From contig NEEC01000020.1 in the NCBI GenBank assembly GCA_002189035.1, forward strand, positions 930,001-994,000: a DNA stretch of 64,000 nucleotides. Reading direction: 5' to 3'. Each line of letters begins with the position of its first letter. Within the stretch, counting starts at the first letter, position 1. Shown in pieces: positions 39,001 to 51,455 of this stretch. The stretch is from Utricularia gibba (taxonomy: Eukaryota; Plantae; Magnoliophyta). The notes under the pieces are model-generated. The model was not told the DNA's origin. It did not search any database and was given only the letters and a program-made list of their open reading frames with translations. Both the position numbers and the translations under genes were made by a program.

Positions 39001-39608
39001 CACAAATTTTGGGCAGCATTTCCATCATAGACATACCTCTTGTTATAGAACTGACGGATCTTAAGAGTTTCCTTCAACTGCGCAAAGAATCGAAAAAAGC
39101 AGAAGACCCAGTATATGGAAAATATCCCCAAATACCCAACAATTATAGCCTTCCCAACAGTAAAAGGAGCCATTGGATGCTGGCGTAAAGCCTCTTTAGA
39201 CAAATCACATGGTTTAATTCCAGATTCTACAGCATCCATCCCACATTTAGCATTTCTAAGCCCATTCCAGTCCACAAAGAGTAAGAAAAATCCAGAAAAG
39301 CATACAGTAAAGGCCAAGCTCAGAAGCTCAATTATCCACTTAATGATGATACACCAAAGGCCTCTGTCACAATAATAAAAATAAATTTTCTCAAAGAAAA
39401 GATCCAAATCGTCAATAGGTTCTGCATACAAAGTCTCCCCATCAAGAAGCCCGGAGGGGCTTTCACTCGGTGGGCTAGGTGGCTTATGGTAATCAGACAA
39501 TTCGATTTCATGGTGATAATCATCAAGAAGACCAGCACTTAAAGATGATTCAGTTTTAGGTTTCCATTGATTGAGAGCTTGAAAAAACTTTTCCCCACTG
39601 AACATCAC
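36045..39608 (-). CDS. ATG9: Autophagy-related protein 9 (about 9 coding exons)
   Basis: IDDLDLFFEKIYFYYCDRGLWCII, DVVMRLMRKENYLIGML, LPKTLEWILNWCI, HPSTASSRRWSNLSKWMFREFNE, VHASDYLKQFP, LFWYAAVFG, HTHFMPKRWR, LLEEMASIF.TPYLL and GKLEKSFLSF..AYPSWEP, on GT-AG exons. Confidence 0.96.
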
Positions 39609-40709
39609 TCATAAGCTAACAGCAGGTGAACAGAACCAGTCCATCCGAAAGGTAGGTGAATCACAACAGAATTCTGCATCAAAAAAGAATAAAATGGAGG
39701 AAACTAACTCATTTTCTAAAACACCAAACAACGTGCACCACACGTATTGGCACATTATGATAGACAATCGAGCACAGCATTCAAAGCTAAAGTCACCTAT
39801 CCCAATAAGCAGCTATGTGGGTTGCAGGACTGCGATAATCAACAAAGACTTACTTCCACTAGTCGTATTGAACCTAAAACCCTAACATCGGATCACAGAA
39901 CGGAGATTGATATGCTATGAAAAACATGAAACTGCCAAGGAAATATCTCGAGAAAAAGAGCAAGCTTCTCAATCAATAGCAAGAAAATGCTACGCAAAAA
40001 CATTTGTTTGATCGACTTTATGACCTTCTCTCATGGACAAACGATCAAAACGAATAAAACAAATTGATTATGACGAGTAGAATAAAAACAAGTTGACTTC
40101 AAGAATCAATCTTCTTATGAGCAGCAAACTAAGCCAATTCTACATAACCAAAATTCAGTGGATCACAATCTTTTTTCAAATTCACGAACTTAGTTTTGCC
40201 TTCCATTAACATAGCCTTCATGCGATCACATTCAACAACACCGACGCAAACGCACAAAAGAGCTAGCGATCGATCACAAAAAATACCCATAAAAACATAA
40301 ACTAAAGAACAAGCCTTTACCTCGAAATCGCGGAAAAATTCTGACCCAGGAACCTCAATATTACAGGCAGCAGTAAAACAAACACCTGAAACAAGTTTTG
40401 GACCAAATCGCATGAACAAATAAAAGAATCACAATTTTCGGCTACTCGCGAGAATGTAATCTTGCGTTCTTTATCCCTAGAAACGTTGAACTTCGAAACA
40501 ATAACCGAGTGAAGACGAAAGGACTCGGATTGCGTTGCGTGGAAAGCACAGGATTCTCTCTTTTTTCAGCTGTACAAAATACCTTTAGTATGCGCTAGAC
40601 TTTTCATATCCGTTTTATACAAAATGTAAATACACTGTTATTGATCACTAGCACTTTCTTCCTCCATATTCCTTCAAATATTAACATTTTATTTATTTCA
40701 AAAATTATT

Positions 40710-41019
40710 GTTTTTTCACACACACACACACACAGGAATGTTTTTTTTTTTAAGTAAGAGAACAAACCTACCAAAAACTCTTAGAAATTTTTTTAAAATA
40801 TAACAATAAAACTAGAATAAAAGAAAAATAAAAATTATATAAAATAAAGGACTGCTCTGTAGCTTTGTTTTTTCACACACACACAGGAATGTTTTTTTTT
40901 AAAATAAGAGAACAAACCTACCAAAAACTCTTAGAAATTTTTTTAAAATATAACTATAAAAAATTAGAATAAAAGTAAAATAAAAAATTGTATAGGATAA
41001 GGGACTATTCTGTAGCTTG
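40710..41019. repeat. Tandem duplication of an approximately 155-bp unit containing a (CA)n tract
   Basis: ttttttcacacac...aggaatg...aagagaacaaacctaccaaaaactcttagaaatttttttaaaatataac...tctgtagctt occurs at 40710 and 40867. Confidence 0.9.
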
Positions 41020-41976
41020 AAGTTGAATTAAAATAAAACAAATTTTGATATTATTTGAATAAAATTAGTTTAATATTATAAAAAAAATTTATGGGATAAT
41101 ATAAAATGTATAACCTAAATTTTAATATATTAAATTATTATATAGACGTATAAATGTATTTTTAGAATAAATAAAAATGAAATAATATAATTTAATCTAT
41201 GGGCATGTTTTGTGTTATCAATTTATTAAAGTGATTCTATTCAATTTTTAAAAATTTTAATTTTTAGGGGTTTATAATAAAATTAGAAATTTAAAATTAT
41301 TAAATTTAATAAATCTTTATTTCAAAGAGTAATTAAGAAATTAATTTAAAAAATTCTATATTATTCAATTTTTATCTATTTTAAAAATAAATTTATATCA
41401 TAATATTAAATTATACAATAATTTAATTTATTAAACTTTACAATATATATTTTACTTTATTAAATTTTATAATATAATTTTATATTATCTTAAAAAATAA
41501 TTTACAATCTTAAGCTCATTTTATTTAAAATTGATTCTATTCAACATAATATGAAACACATCTTCAAATTACATAATAGATCCATGATTCAATAATTTCA
41601 ATAATTTTTTAAATTAATTACAGAATTTGAATTTATAATTTTACTACATAATATTAAAAATAAAAATCATCAAAAATTAATTTTTATTAAATAATAATAT
41701 ATTAAAAAAGAAAAAAAAGAAAGGAGATAAACTCTAGATGTCAGAAATCGGAGAAAAAAATTTAAAGAAATCATGATGAAAATGGAAGGAAAAAAAATAA
41801 ATCGAAAGATATTATTAAAAATAATTATGTTAGAATGAAAAAGTAAAAATTAAACTACATAAAATAATTCATTTTATATGTTAGTTTTTTAGAATAGAAA
41901 TTAATGCAAAACTATTAACATATTGAGAATGTATGACCAACGTTTTTCCTTCTGTACAATAATCAAAATAAAAGCT

Positions 41977-43230
41977 TTACTTCACTGTTTTGTAAACTGA
42001 AAGCGCTGAATGGTCTCTGCGAACACTCTTCCTCTGGTAGTTAGTGACGAAGTCCAAAAACCCAACTTGTCGATACAGCGCAGGATGATCTTCAGAAAGA
42101 AGCTCCTCGATGGGTCCATGGGGCCTCGTTGATGTCTCACCACTTGGGAGAAAGAAGCATGCCACTGATAACCGAGTTCCGCTGTGTCTGGACAGTACTC
42201 TGTGCTCCACGCTTTTGAATCTGTCATTTGAAATAAGCTGCAAAAAGCAGTGGTTCCAAGCGATGTGAGTGGGAGTAAATGAAATGGGGTAGAAACCAGT
42301 TCCAGTTCTTGAGCTCCCACCTGCATATAATCGCCAATGTTTGCTATTAAAGCGCCAGGAACGGGTGGAACATCGATCCAATTGTCATCATGAAGGATTT
42401 GGAGTCCACCCACGTTGTCCTGTAGCAGGATGTTGAGGACTGTGGGATCAGAATGCTCGACTGCACTGAGGGTGCGATCCGGCTCGGGGCAGGGGGGATA
42501 GTATAGGCATGTTAGATATGAGCTTTTCATGCATTGCATCTGCTCCAGGAAACTTGGGGCCAGCCCCAGAGCCTCAGAGAGCATCTCTGATACAACATCT
42601 CTCAGTTTCAATATGTGATTCATGTAATCTGTGATTTCTTTCCTGGGGAAAGATGTTATAACTAGAAACAGGCAATGGAAATGAGATGAGAGGATTAGCA
42701 ATTCAAATATACCTGCAGTCAAGGGGGATTTCATCAGGGATTACTTCATTGTCTGTAAAAGAACACGCTAAAGCATCCCTCCAGTTTGCTACATCGTGTC
42801 TGGTCAGCTTCCCATTGATAGTATAAAGCCTCACTCTGCGTCTACTATCCGAGGAGTAGAAGTCCATTTTTTGTTCCTTCGGTTGTTCATGAAATCTCTC
42901 TGTGGCTTTTAATATGGAGTCCATTACAGTCACAGGAACTCCATGGTTAACCATCTGGAAGAACCCCCATGACCCTGATGCTTTACGAATCTCAGCAACG
43001 ATCTCCATCCGTCGGGTAAGATCTTCAACACCTTCAAAATCTATCACTGGGATACGAATTTGGGATGCACCAGCACTACTGACTTCCAGTGATGGGAAAA
43101 TGAAGAATCTGGGAACTTTTTTAATCTGAGAATCCGAAAGCCCTTTGACTCCGGCCTTTGTTTTCTCAAACTCCTCCACTTCTTTATCCCAATCATGATC
43201 ATCGATTTCATGGTCAGAAGTGGCCGCCAT
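41977..43230 (-). CDS. 2-oxoglutarate/Fe(II) dioxygenase, ACC-oxidase-homolog (E8-like) type, 366 aa
   Basis: Exons 43230-42713, 42642-42321 and 42237-41977 join in frame. Motifs KAGVKGL, IPVIDFEG, WGFFQMVNHGVP, NWRDAL, YYPPCPEPD, HSD, VEHRV and RLSVACF. Confidence 0.93.
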
Positions 43231-44043
43231 TGACACCTACGAAACTTAACACCCATTGAATGAACTACATAACTATAATTCAGTTTCAGACAATAACCAG
43301 ACCAAACCTTTACTTCGGCCAGATTCAGATTCACCAACAAGAACATGATCAATGAGACCAGAAATCATATACTTCAAAAATCTAACCGCTAAAAAACTCA
43401 CAAAAGAGGGTTATGGAACATGATAGTACCTTTTCTCCGGACGAACTCCACTCGGGGTCTGGATCAAAAGATGAAGACTTGATGTGGATAGACAAGCCTG
43501 GCAGCATGATTCATACCCAGAAAAAGTGATTTTTGAGGTAAAAACAAAAGAAAAAAGTGAAGCAGGTGAGGATCAATACATAAGACTCCTGTCTCCTCTG
43601 ACACCGAAGAGCATCGTCGATAATCGCGTCTCAAGATGTTTGGCATCATTTTCCCAGATTCGCAGGTCACGTGATTGCTGAGATATTTTTACCCCCTCTC
43701 AAAAATTAATTGATTAGTGAAATAACTATATTCTGTAATTTTTTTTTTATCAAAATTGACTTTTATATACTTATTTGCTAAATACTACTAATTTTTATTT
43801 ATGTTATATATAATATGGTATTTTACACAATAAAATAGCTAATTATATCCATAATTTTTATAATTAAAATATAATTTTAAATTTATGTAAAAGTTATATT
43901 CAATAAAATATTAAAAACAGTATATCTTTCTTAATAGTAATTTAAAATAATTTTAATTTTACAAAAAAATATAATTTTTCAACCATCAAATTTAAAGAAC
44001 AAAATATGATCAATTAAATTATGAACATGTTTTATATATGATA

Positions 44044-44496
44044 GGGTACAACTCGGGTGAGGATGATCGGCTTCCAAAGGGGTGCTGAAAGGAGTCTTGA
44101 TGGGACAACTCCTACCGATAGACCGATATATGTCAGAGATCTGACAGCGGCGATATGGTACAGGTTGGACCTTAAGCCCCTAGGTTGTACCTTTCTTCTC
44201 CATTCCTGTCTAGTAAAGGTTTTTTTTCGATGAGCTCTGACGACTCCGTGGTTTTCTTAGTCTTATGACGGTTTCCACGTAAAAACCCCTACCTAACCTT
44301 ATTTCTTTCAATCACGTCGAACAAATCGCCAAAAAAGCATAAAGGCACGATATTTCCGATCGCATTTGTAACCCAAAAATCGGCCCCATCTCGGAGACCG
44401 ATTTTCACCCCCAACAATATATAAGTATTGCTCCAGTGCTATTTAGTATATGATATGTCTGTGTACTATTTTATAATTAAATTAAAGTAAGTTATA
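44044..44496 (+). repeat. Second, internally deleted copy of the Tat LTR plus about 80 bp of shared downstream flank
   Basis: 44044-44416 is colinear with 48075-48577 but lacks a block of about 140 bp. 44417-44496 matches 48578-48657. Confidence 0.88.
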
Positions 44497-44515
44497 ATAT
44501 TAAATTAAAGTAAGT

Positions 44516-47500
44516 GGATATTATTGGCCGACAATGAGGCAAGACATTACTGAGGTGGTGAGGAAATGCAAAGTATGCCAGTACCATGCGAGCATACTGA
44601 TAAAACCAACAAACGATCTAACCACTCTTCCGCTCTCGTGCCCATTCGATCGGTGGGGGATGGATATTATGGGGCCATTTCCTCAAACCTTGGGTTAGAG
44701 AAAATTTGTCATCGTGGGAGTCGAATATTTCTTCAAGTGGGTAGAAGCTGAAGTCGTGGCAAAAATATCAGAGGAGATCGTTATTCGATTCCTGTGGAGA
44801 AACATCTTCATCTGATTCGGAATACCTCGAGAACTAGTGACCGATAATGAGACCCAATTCGCGGGAGGAAAAATGAATGCATTCCTCAATAAATATTTGG
44901 TCAAGCACAACTTTACTTCGGTATATCATCCTCAGAGCAATGGTCTCACGGAAGTAACAAATCGAACGCTCAGACAGAGTATAAAGACCAAGCTTGAGGA
45001 TTACGGAGGGTCATGGGCAGACCGCTTGGATGAGGTGTTGTGGTCATATCACACCACCCCTCAAACCATCACGGAAGAGCCTCCCTTCTTACTGGTTTAT
45101 GGATCGGAAGCAGTATGCCCAATCGAGTTGAAGTTAAAGAGTTACCGAGTGGAACACTATGACGGAGAGGAAAATGTTGGTCTACGAAAACTGGAATTAG
45201 AGTTGTTGGAGGAGAAAGGGCAGAGTATGTATGGCTGACTGGGGGCTTACTAGAGAAGAACGAAAAAAACTATAATAAGTCGATCTTTCCAAGGGAGTTC
45301 TCGCAAGGAGACTTGGTACTCTAAAGCATCCAACCATAAAAGACACCTTGGAAAATTATATCGAAAATGGGAAGACCCTTATCGGATTTCAAGGGTGATC
45401 GAAAAAGGAGTGTATTGGCTGGAGCAACTAGATGGCGTGGAGTTCCCGAGATCGTGGAACGCGTCACATCTGAGGAAATTCTACGCCTGATCGGTTCAAT
45501 ACCACTCCCTACCCTAGGTTTGTGCAGGTTTCAGGATTCTCCTCGTCCAAACACACAAGTGGCTATAAATTACTCCAAGGTGGAGAAGAATTAACGAAAT
45601 CACAAGTCTTGATCAAGTCACATAAGCCCAGGCAAAACCCTCTAAGCCTAACTCGTAAGTCCTGGCCAAGTCATGTAAGCCCAGGCGAACCTTCTAAATT
45701 TTCGCCCCCGGATAGGCATAGCAAACCAACTCGGGGCTCCCCCCGAATTATACCTTCCGTCGAACCCAGGCTCCAATGGTAAGGGTAAGCCTTGGGATAA
45801 CTCGGGCACCGATTCTTGCATCCATCCACGTAAGCCCCGAAAAAGCCCTTAGGTTCGAACCTTATTGCCAAATCTCGAGACGGCAAGAGCACCCAAAGCA
45901 AATCCGCCCATGTGTAAAACAATGGGATCTCGGCCAGAAGAGGGCCCACGGATTGGGGAAGTTGTTCAACCTAAGAGGGGTTCCAATCTACTTCCCTAGC
46001 AGCGGTTCAGCTCGCATAAGAAAAGACGAAGGCAAGTGAAGGTCGGAACGCCCGATTAAGCGACTAGCAAACCATGCGGTTCGCAAAAATCGGTGCGACT
46101 GGTAAAAAACAGAAGGCAATGGGCCCCAAAACTAAGGGAGAATCCCAAATCAGGACTCTCAAAACATCCAAAAACCCCAAATCAAGGAACAAAACGTTAG
46201 CTCCAAGGGAGCAGAGGAAAAGAAAGGGTAAACTAAAGTTCATGGGGAGGGAGATCAGTGGGAGGGCCAACCGAGGGGCCGACGTGCCCCCGTAGCCTCA
46301 CTCGCTGCTTGGCCTCGTTGCCACACCCGATCCTTACTCGAACCAATTCTGACAGACGCTCAAGATCTGCTTCGAACCCAAATTCTGGGGCTCAGGATGT
46401 GTCCGCGATAACATTCAACATGTTTTCATCCTTTGTCAGGGGATTTATCTTGTCAAAGCGCGGATCCATGACTGAAAGCCCGAATTCTCGACTGAATTGC
46501 CCCCACTACCGGTACAGAAGCAAACCGATTAGATCCCCCACATAGATATCTGACAGCTTAGAGAAGCAGGCCGAATTCACGAAATCCTCCAAAAGCTTCC
46601 CCCGGGACACTTCCTGATCGAGTAACTCGGCTTCCAGGGCCGAAATGCGATCCTTGGCTTGCTTTAATTCTGCCTCTGCCTCGTCAAAACGCGCTTTCAA
46701 ACCCTCCTTTTCAGAGTTGGCGTCGTCGATCACCTTCCCATCTCGCCGACCAGTTTTTGTAACTCTTCTTCCCGGCGAACACGTTTCCTGAGCAAATACC
46801 TCAATGCACTTCCCTCTTCTCCCGGTGATTTTATCTTGGCATCTTGTGCCCTGGCATGGGCTTGAAGCCGAGAAACCTTCTTCGAAGCGGATCCAAGTTC
46901 CTTAGCTAGCCCCCAACTGAAAGTCAAAGCCTGAAAGAAAGGTAACCAAGTCGGCGTCTGAACGTGCATAACCCTGAGAAAGAAGAGGAGTACCTACCAA
47001 ATTCCCTTGAGTATAATCTCCAGCTCAGCTCCCGACACCTTCGGAGTCGACTCCTCTAAGGCTTTCCGCAGCCCCGGTGGAAATGAAGAGGGGGGCAGGC
47101 CAGGACTCTCCCTTACCTCAGTTAGGGGATTGGAATCCCGCTCTGTATCATTCGGAGGAGCCGACGTTGATGCATCGCCCGAAAACGGGCCTCTACCGAG
47201 AGCGGTTTAGCTTTTCAGACAGCTATTTTGAAGAGTTGGAAGAAATCCACCAAATTCATCGCTAGATCCATTCCCGCAGAATAGAACAAGAAGGCCGTAA
47301 AGCAAAAAATCGAGTTTGGCGCCAGGCAATAGAGAGGTATTGAAAACATGTAAAGAAACTGAATGAGTAAAGGATGAAGCGGAAATCGAATGCCGCTTTC
47401 TAAATAAGCAATGGGGACGGGAAGACTAAAATGGGGAAGAGGTCTTTCCCTAGGTCCCCAAGGAATCTAGCCATCCCTAGCCTTAGAAATGATATATTCC

Positions 47501-48577
47501 TCCGGGATCGAATATTTGGAGCAGATTGCAGGGATGCTCAGTCGCTAGATTTTCTGCCCATTTTGCTTTTGAGAACTGAAAGATAGAGAAAGTTATAAAG
47601 GAGAGGAGCGAAGAACAGAAACCCGTGGAGAGCATAGGAGAAGAAGAAAAGGACTTCGAAAACCTCACAAAACACAAAATTAATCCAGGAACGTAGGGGC
47701 GATGCGGAAAAAATACGGATACCTGAAGAACGAGTGATTTCCGATGAGCAGCACGGCAGCGAACACGGCGGAACACGAACAGTGCTGAAACTTCGCGAAA
47801 GAACAAAGAGGGCAAAGGGGAGAAGTGACAGGAAAGATTCGTATTTATGAAGGAAATGTTCGGGAGGTAAAACGACGCGTCGTTTCGATTGCCCAAAATG
47901 AGCTGGAAAAGTGTAGCATGCCCAGGACGCAACGCAAGACGAAGGGATCATTTTGAATTGGCTTGAGGCTCATCACTGGAAGGGCGGCACGCTCTAAATC
48001 AGAATGGTGGTGATTCGGATTCTCCGACTTGTCCCGCAAGGGTTCATATCGGCGAATCAGAGGGGCTAAATTATGGGGTACAACTCGGGTGAGGATGATC
48101 AGCTTCCAAAGGGGTGCCAAAAGGAGTCTTGATGGGACAACTCCTACCGGTCAGAGATCTGACAGCACGGTATGGTATAGTCTGAAAAGTAGTCGAGCAG
48201 GCGGCGATCGCCTATAAAGCAGGATCAAAGTACAAATAGAGAAAGATAGCCGACACTAGCAGAACTCATGATCCGTTCAAATCGACCCCCTCTATAAACA
48301 AAAGAAATCACAACAGGGGGAAGGTTGGACCTTAAGCCCCTAGCTTGTGCCTTTCTTCTCCATACCCGTCTAGTAAAGGTTTTTTTTCCGGTGAGCTCCG
48401 ACACCTCTGTGGTTTTCTCCGTCTTATGACGGTTTCTACGTAAAAACCTCTGCCTACCCTTATTTCTTTCAATCACGTCAAACAAATCGCCAAAAAAGCA
48501 TAAAAGCACGATATTTCCGATCGCATTTATACCCCAAAAATCGGCCCCATCTCGAAGACCGATTTTCACCCCCAACA
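44516..48577 (+). mobile_element. 3' half of a Tat/Ogre-type Ty3/gypsy retrotransposon (integrase, long 3' region, PPT, LTR)
   Basis: GYYWPTMR...CKVCQYH, PFDRWGMDI.GPFP, FGIPRELVTDN.TQF, YHPQSNG..EVTNR, PFLLVYGSEAV and WNASHLRKFYA* (44516-45490). PPT gaggggct at 48060. LTR about 48071-48577, ending CCCCAACA. Confidence 0.88.
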
Positions 48578-50428
48578 ATATATAAGTAATGCTCGTGTGC
48601 TATTTAGTATATGATATGTCTGTGTACTATTTTATAATTAAATTAAAGTAAGTTATATTATTATTTAGGAAATATTAAAATTGATAATATTAAAAAACTA
48701 AATAATGATTACACATATATAATTTGTATAATAAATTATATTAAAATACATTATTGTTAAGAGTTATTTATTAGGTATTATTATGTATTATCTAGTATTA
48801 AGTTATCTAATTGAGGATTTATATTGATAAATATTGTATTTCCTTAGAAAAATCATATTTTCCTATTTTGTATATATTTTATATCTTTTTTCTCACACTT
48901 TGACAGAGACATGTGAGAAGATTGTCATGGAGTGTTGCAGAAGTATTGCAGGTTGTCAGAGTCTAACTTTTTGTGCCTTGTACGTGACTTGGAACAATTG
49001 TGGGCGGAAGACTGACACTGGTCAAGACCCCTAACTTATGACATGTCAGAGTCTGTAGCAATGATTGAACGCTAACTTGCACGTATAGGAAAGCTGCAGG
49101 CGCACGCGAGACAAAAAGAATTTATATTTTTTATTTTATAAAAATTGTATTTTAAAAATATAATTTTAACGCATACACCTATATTATAAACTATATTACA
49201 AATGCATTTTTTTATGCACTATAGGAAATACATATTCATAGATAATTACTTTTTTTTAAAAAAAGAAAGCTATTTAACTAATTTTTATCAAATAGGGTTA
49301 ATCTGAAAATATAATTATACAGCAGACTATTTTAAAAAAAGTTCAAATATATTTGAATATATCCCGAAAAAAAACTAACGCAAAACTCATCATGCATTAT
49401 ATCCTGAAATATATACATATAAGAAGAGCTACAAATCCATTATTTCGATAAATCATCCTTGAGTTCAATACAAGAACATTTATAAATAAAATAAATGAAA
49501 TTTTTGTATTTTCATTTTGAAAAAATAAACAGTCAATGTATTTTTCAAAACTGTTAATTTCTCATTTGGACAATGAAGAGTGACAATGAAAATGTGTGCA
49601 AAATATACCATAAGTTTTGTTATTAATAATTTAACACCAAGAGGTGATGTTTGTTAGATGGCAAGTCATGATACATATGACTATTGTACAACTATAAGCA
49701 TGTTAACATGTTTTACTTCACAAACATATATGTTCATGTTTGTTCGTTCAATATAACAAACATAAACATACTTCATCAATATAATTCAATCACTTTGTAA
49801 AAAGATTCCCTTTACAAAATAACATTATTACCAACTAGGATATATAGATGTGGGTACATGGAATCGTTGATTCATAGATTTGGATGTGTTAATTCATTAT
49901 TTTTAAAAATATAGATACATCATAGTAATTTCAATTTATATTATTTAAATTATATTAAATTATTTTTATAAAATACTAAAATAAATTAATTTTTAAATAA
50001 AAACATTAATGAAAAAAAATATTGCAACAAGTATGTATATTTTCTCTTGAGAGTGATCCAATTAGAGTATGTCAAACAAATTTTTATATACATTATTTGT
50101 GTTATTATTACCAGAATTGAAAGATATTTCTATAATTTTAATCAAATAATAAATAAAAAATAAATAAATTAGAATTAAACAATTAAAAATTTACATACAT
50201 CATAACATTATATTCACAAATCCGTAAATATAAATTCCAAATAAAAAATTCAACATTCATAAAAAATAAATATAAATTAAAACGATAAGCAATAAATGAT
50301 AATCGGCATACTTTGAATGATGAATAATAACTACAATCCATGAATGATGACTGTTGAGATTAAGATGATACTAAATTATGAACAAAAATCAAGTGAATGA
50401 ATTACATTTTTTATTAGTTAATTAAATA

Positions 50429-50429
<1 letters not shown>

Positions 50430-50465
<36 letters not shown>
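50430..50465. repeat. (ATT)n microsatellite, about 12 units
   Basis: Read directly from the sequence. Confidence 0.9.
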
Positions 50466-51218
50466 GATTACAAATATTAAAAATTTTAAAAAAGAAAAAC
50501 TCAAACGTAGGGCGAATTGATGCAATCACTGATTCCAATGAATCTTGGTAAAAATCTTGGTGGAGGGGGTGGCTGCCCTTGACCGCCTAAAAATCTTCAG
50601 AACTCAAAACCACAAACCAGACTTTTCAAACTCGGTCAACATTCCACCCCCCTACTTTCCCTTCTAAATCTTGGTAAAAATTCAAAAAAAAAAAAGATGA
50701 GAATTATTTGAACAGACTAAAATTTCATAACGAATATTCCATAAAAAAATTGTAATGCTCAGTAATTTCATATTTACTGAGTAGCTGTAAGAAACAAAAA
50801 ATTCAAATATTTCTGAAATACGAAATAAGAAAATCTATTTTTTAAAAAAACTAATAAATACTTTTTAAAATGTTTCCGAGCACAACTTTAGTTTACAAGA
50901 ATACCCATTTGAATTAACTACAGAAACAGACACACAATGAATCAGAATTGTTGAAGTCCAAGTCAGCAATTGTTGTTGTTTTCCAAGGTCCATATTTGAA
51001 GTCAGCGGGAATTTACAAAACTACGCGTCGGAAAATTCACTTGCGCTGCCTCAGTCTTCACCATCCACACCCCGAAGGGTCTGACCGGCATTTTTGTCCG
51101 AGCGGGCGCACGTGGAGGATGGTCCGTGGCGCTTCAATTCGATTGATTGCAAGACCATTATAATGTTGGATGAGACTTGTTGCTTACGCAAACCAAAGCA
51201 CAACAAAATCAAATCATA

Positions 51219-51455
51219 AACAGTGTTTTGGAAAATTTTTGAAAACTATTTTTAATTTTTTAAAATTATTTTAGAAAATCAAAAATAAAAAGTAAAAATA
51301 AACTACTACTTATTTTTTCAAAAAACAATTTTTGTAGTATAATTTTAAAATTATTTTTTTTATATAATTACGTTTACAATTAATGTTGTTTTAAAAAAAT
51401 ATTTTTACTTTTTGAAAAATAGAAATAGTCTTCAAAAATTTTCCAAAACAATGGT
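51219..51455. mobile_element. Short MITE with about 30-bp TIRs (possibly Tourist/PIF-like)
   Basis: gtgttttggaaaatttttgaaaactattt is the near reverse complement of aaatagtcttcaaaaattttccaaaacaat. Both flanks read ATA. Confidence 0.7.

Noticed and set aside
40129-40419. 96-aa minus-strand ORF upstream of ATG9
   Set aside because: It lies in T-rich leader or intron-like sequence and has no domain.
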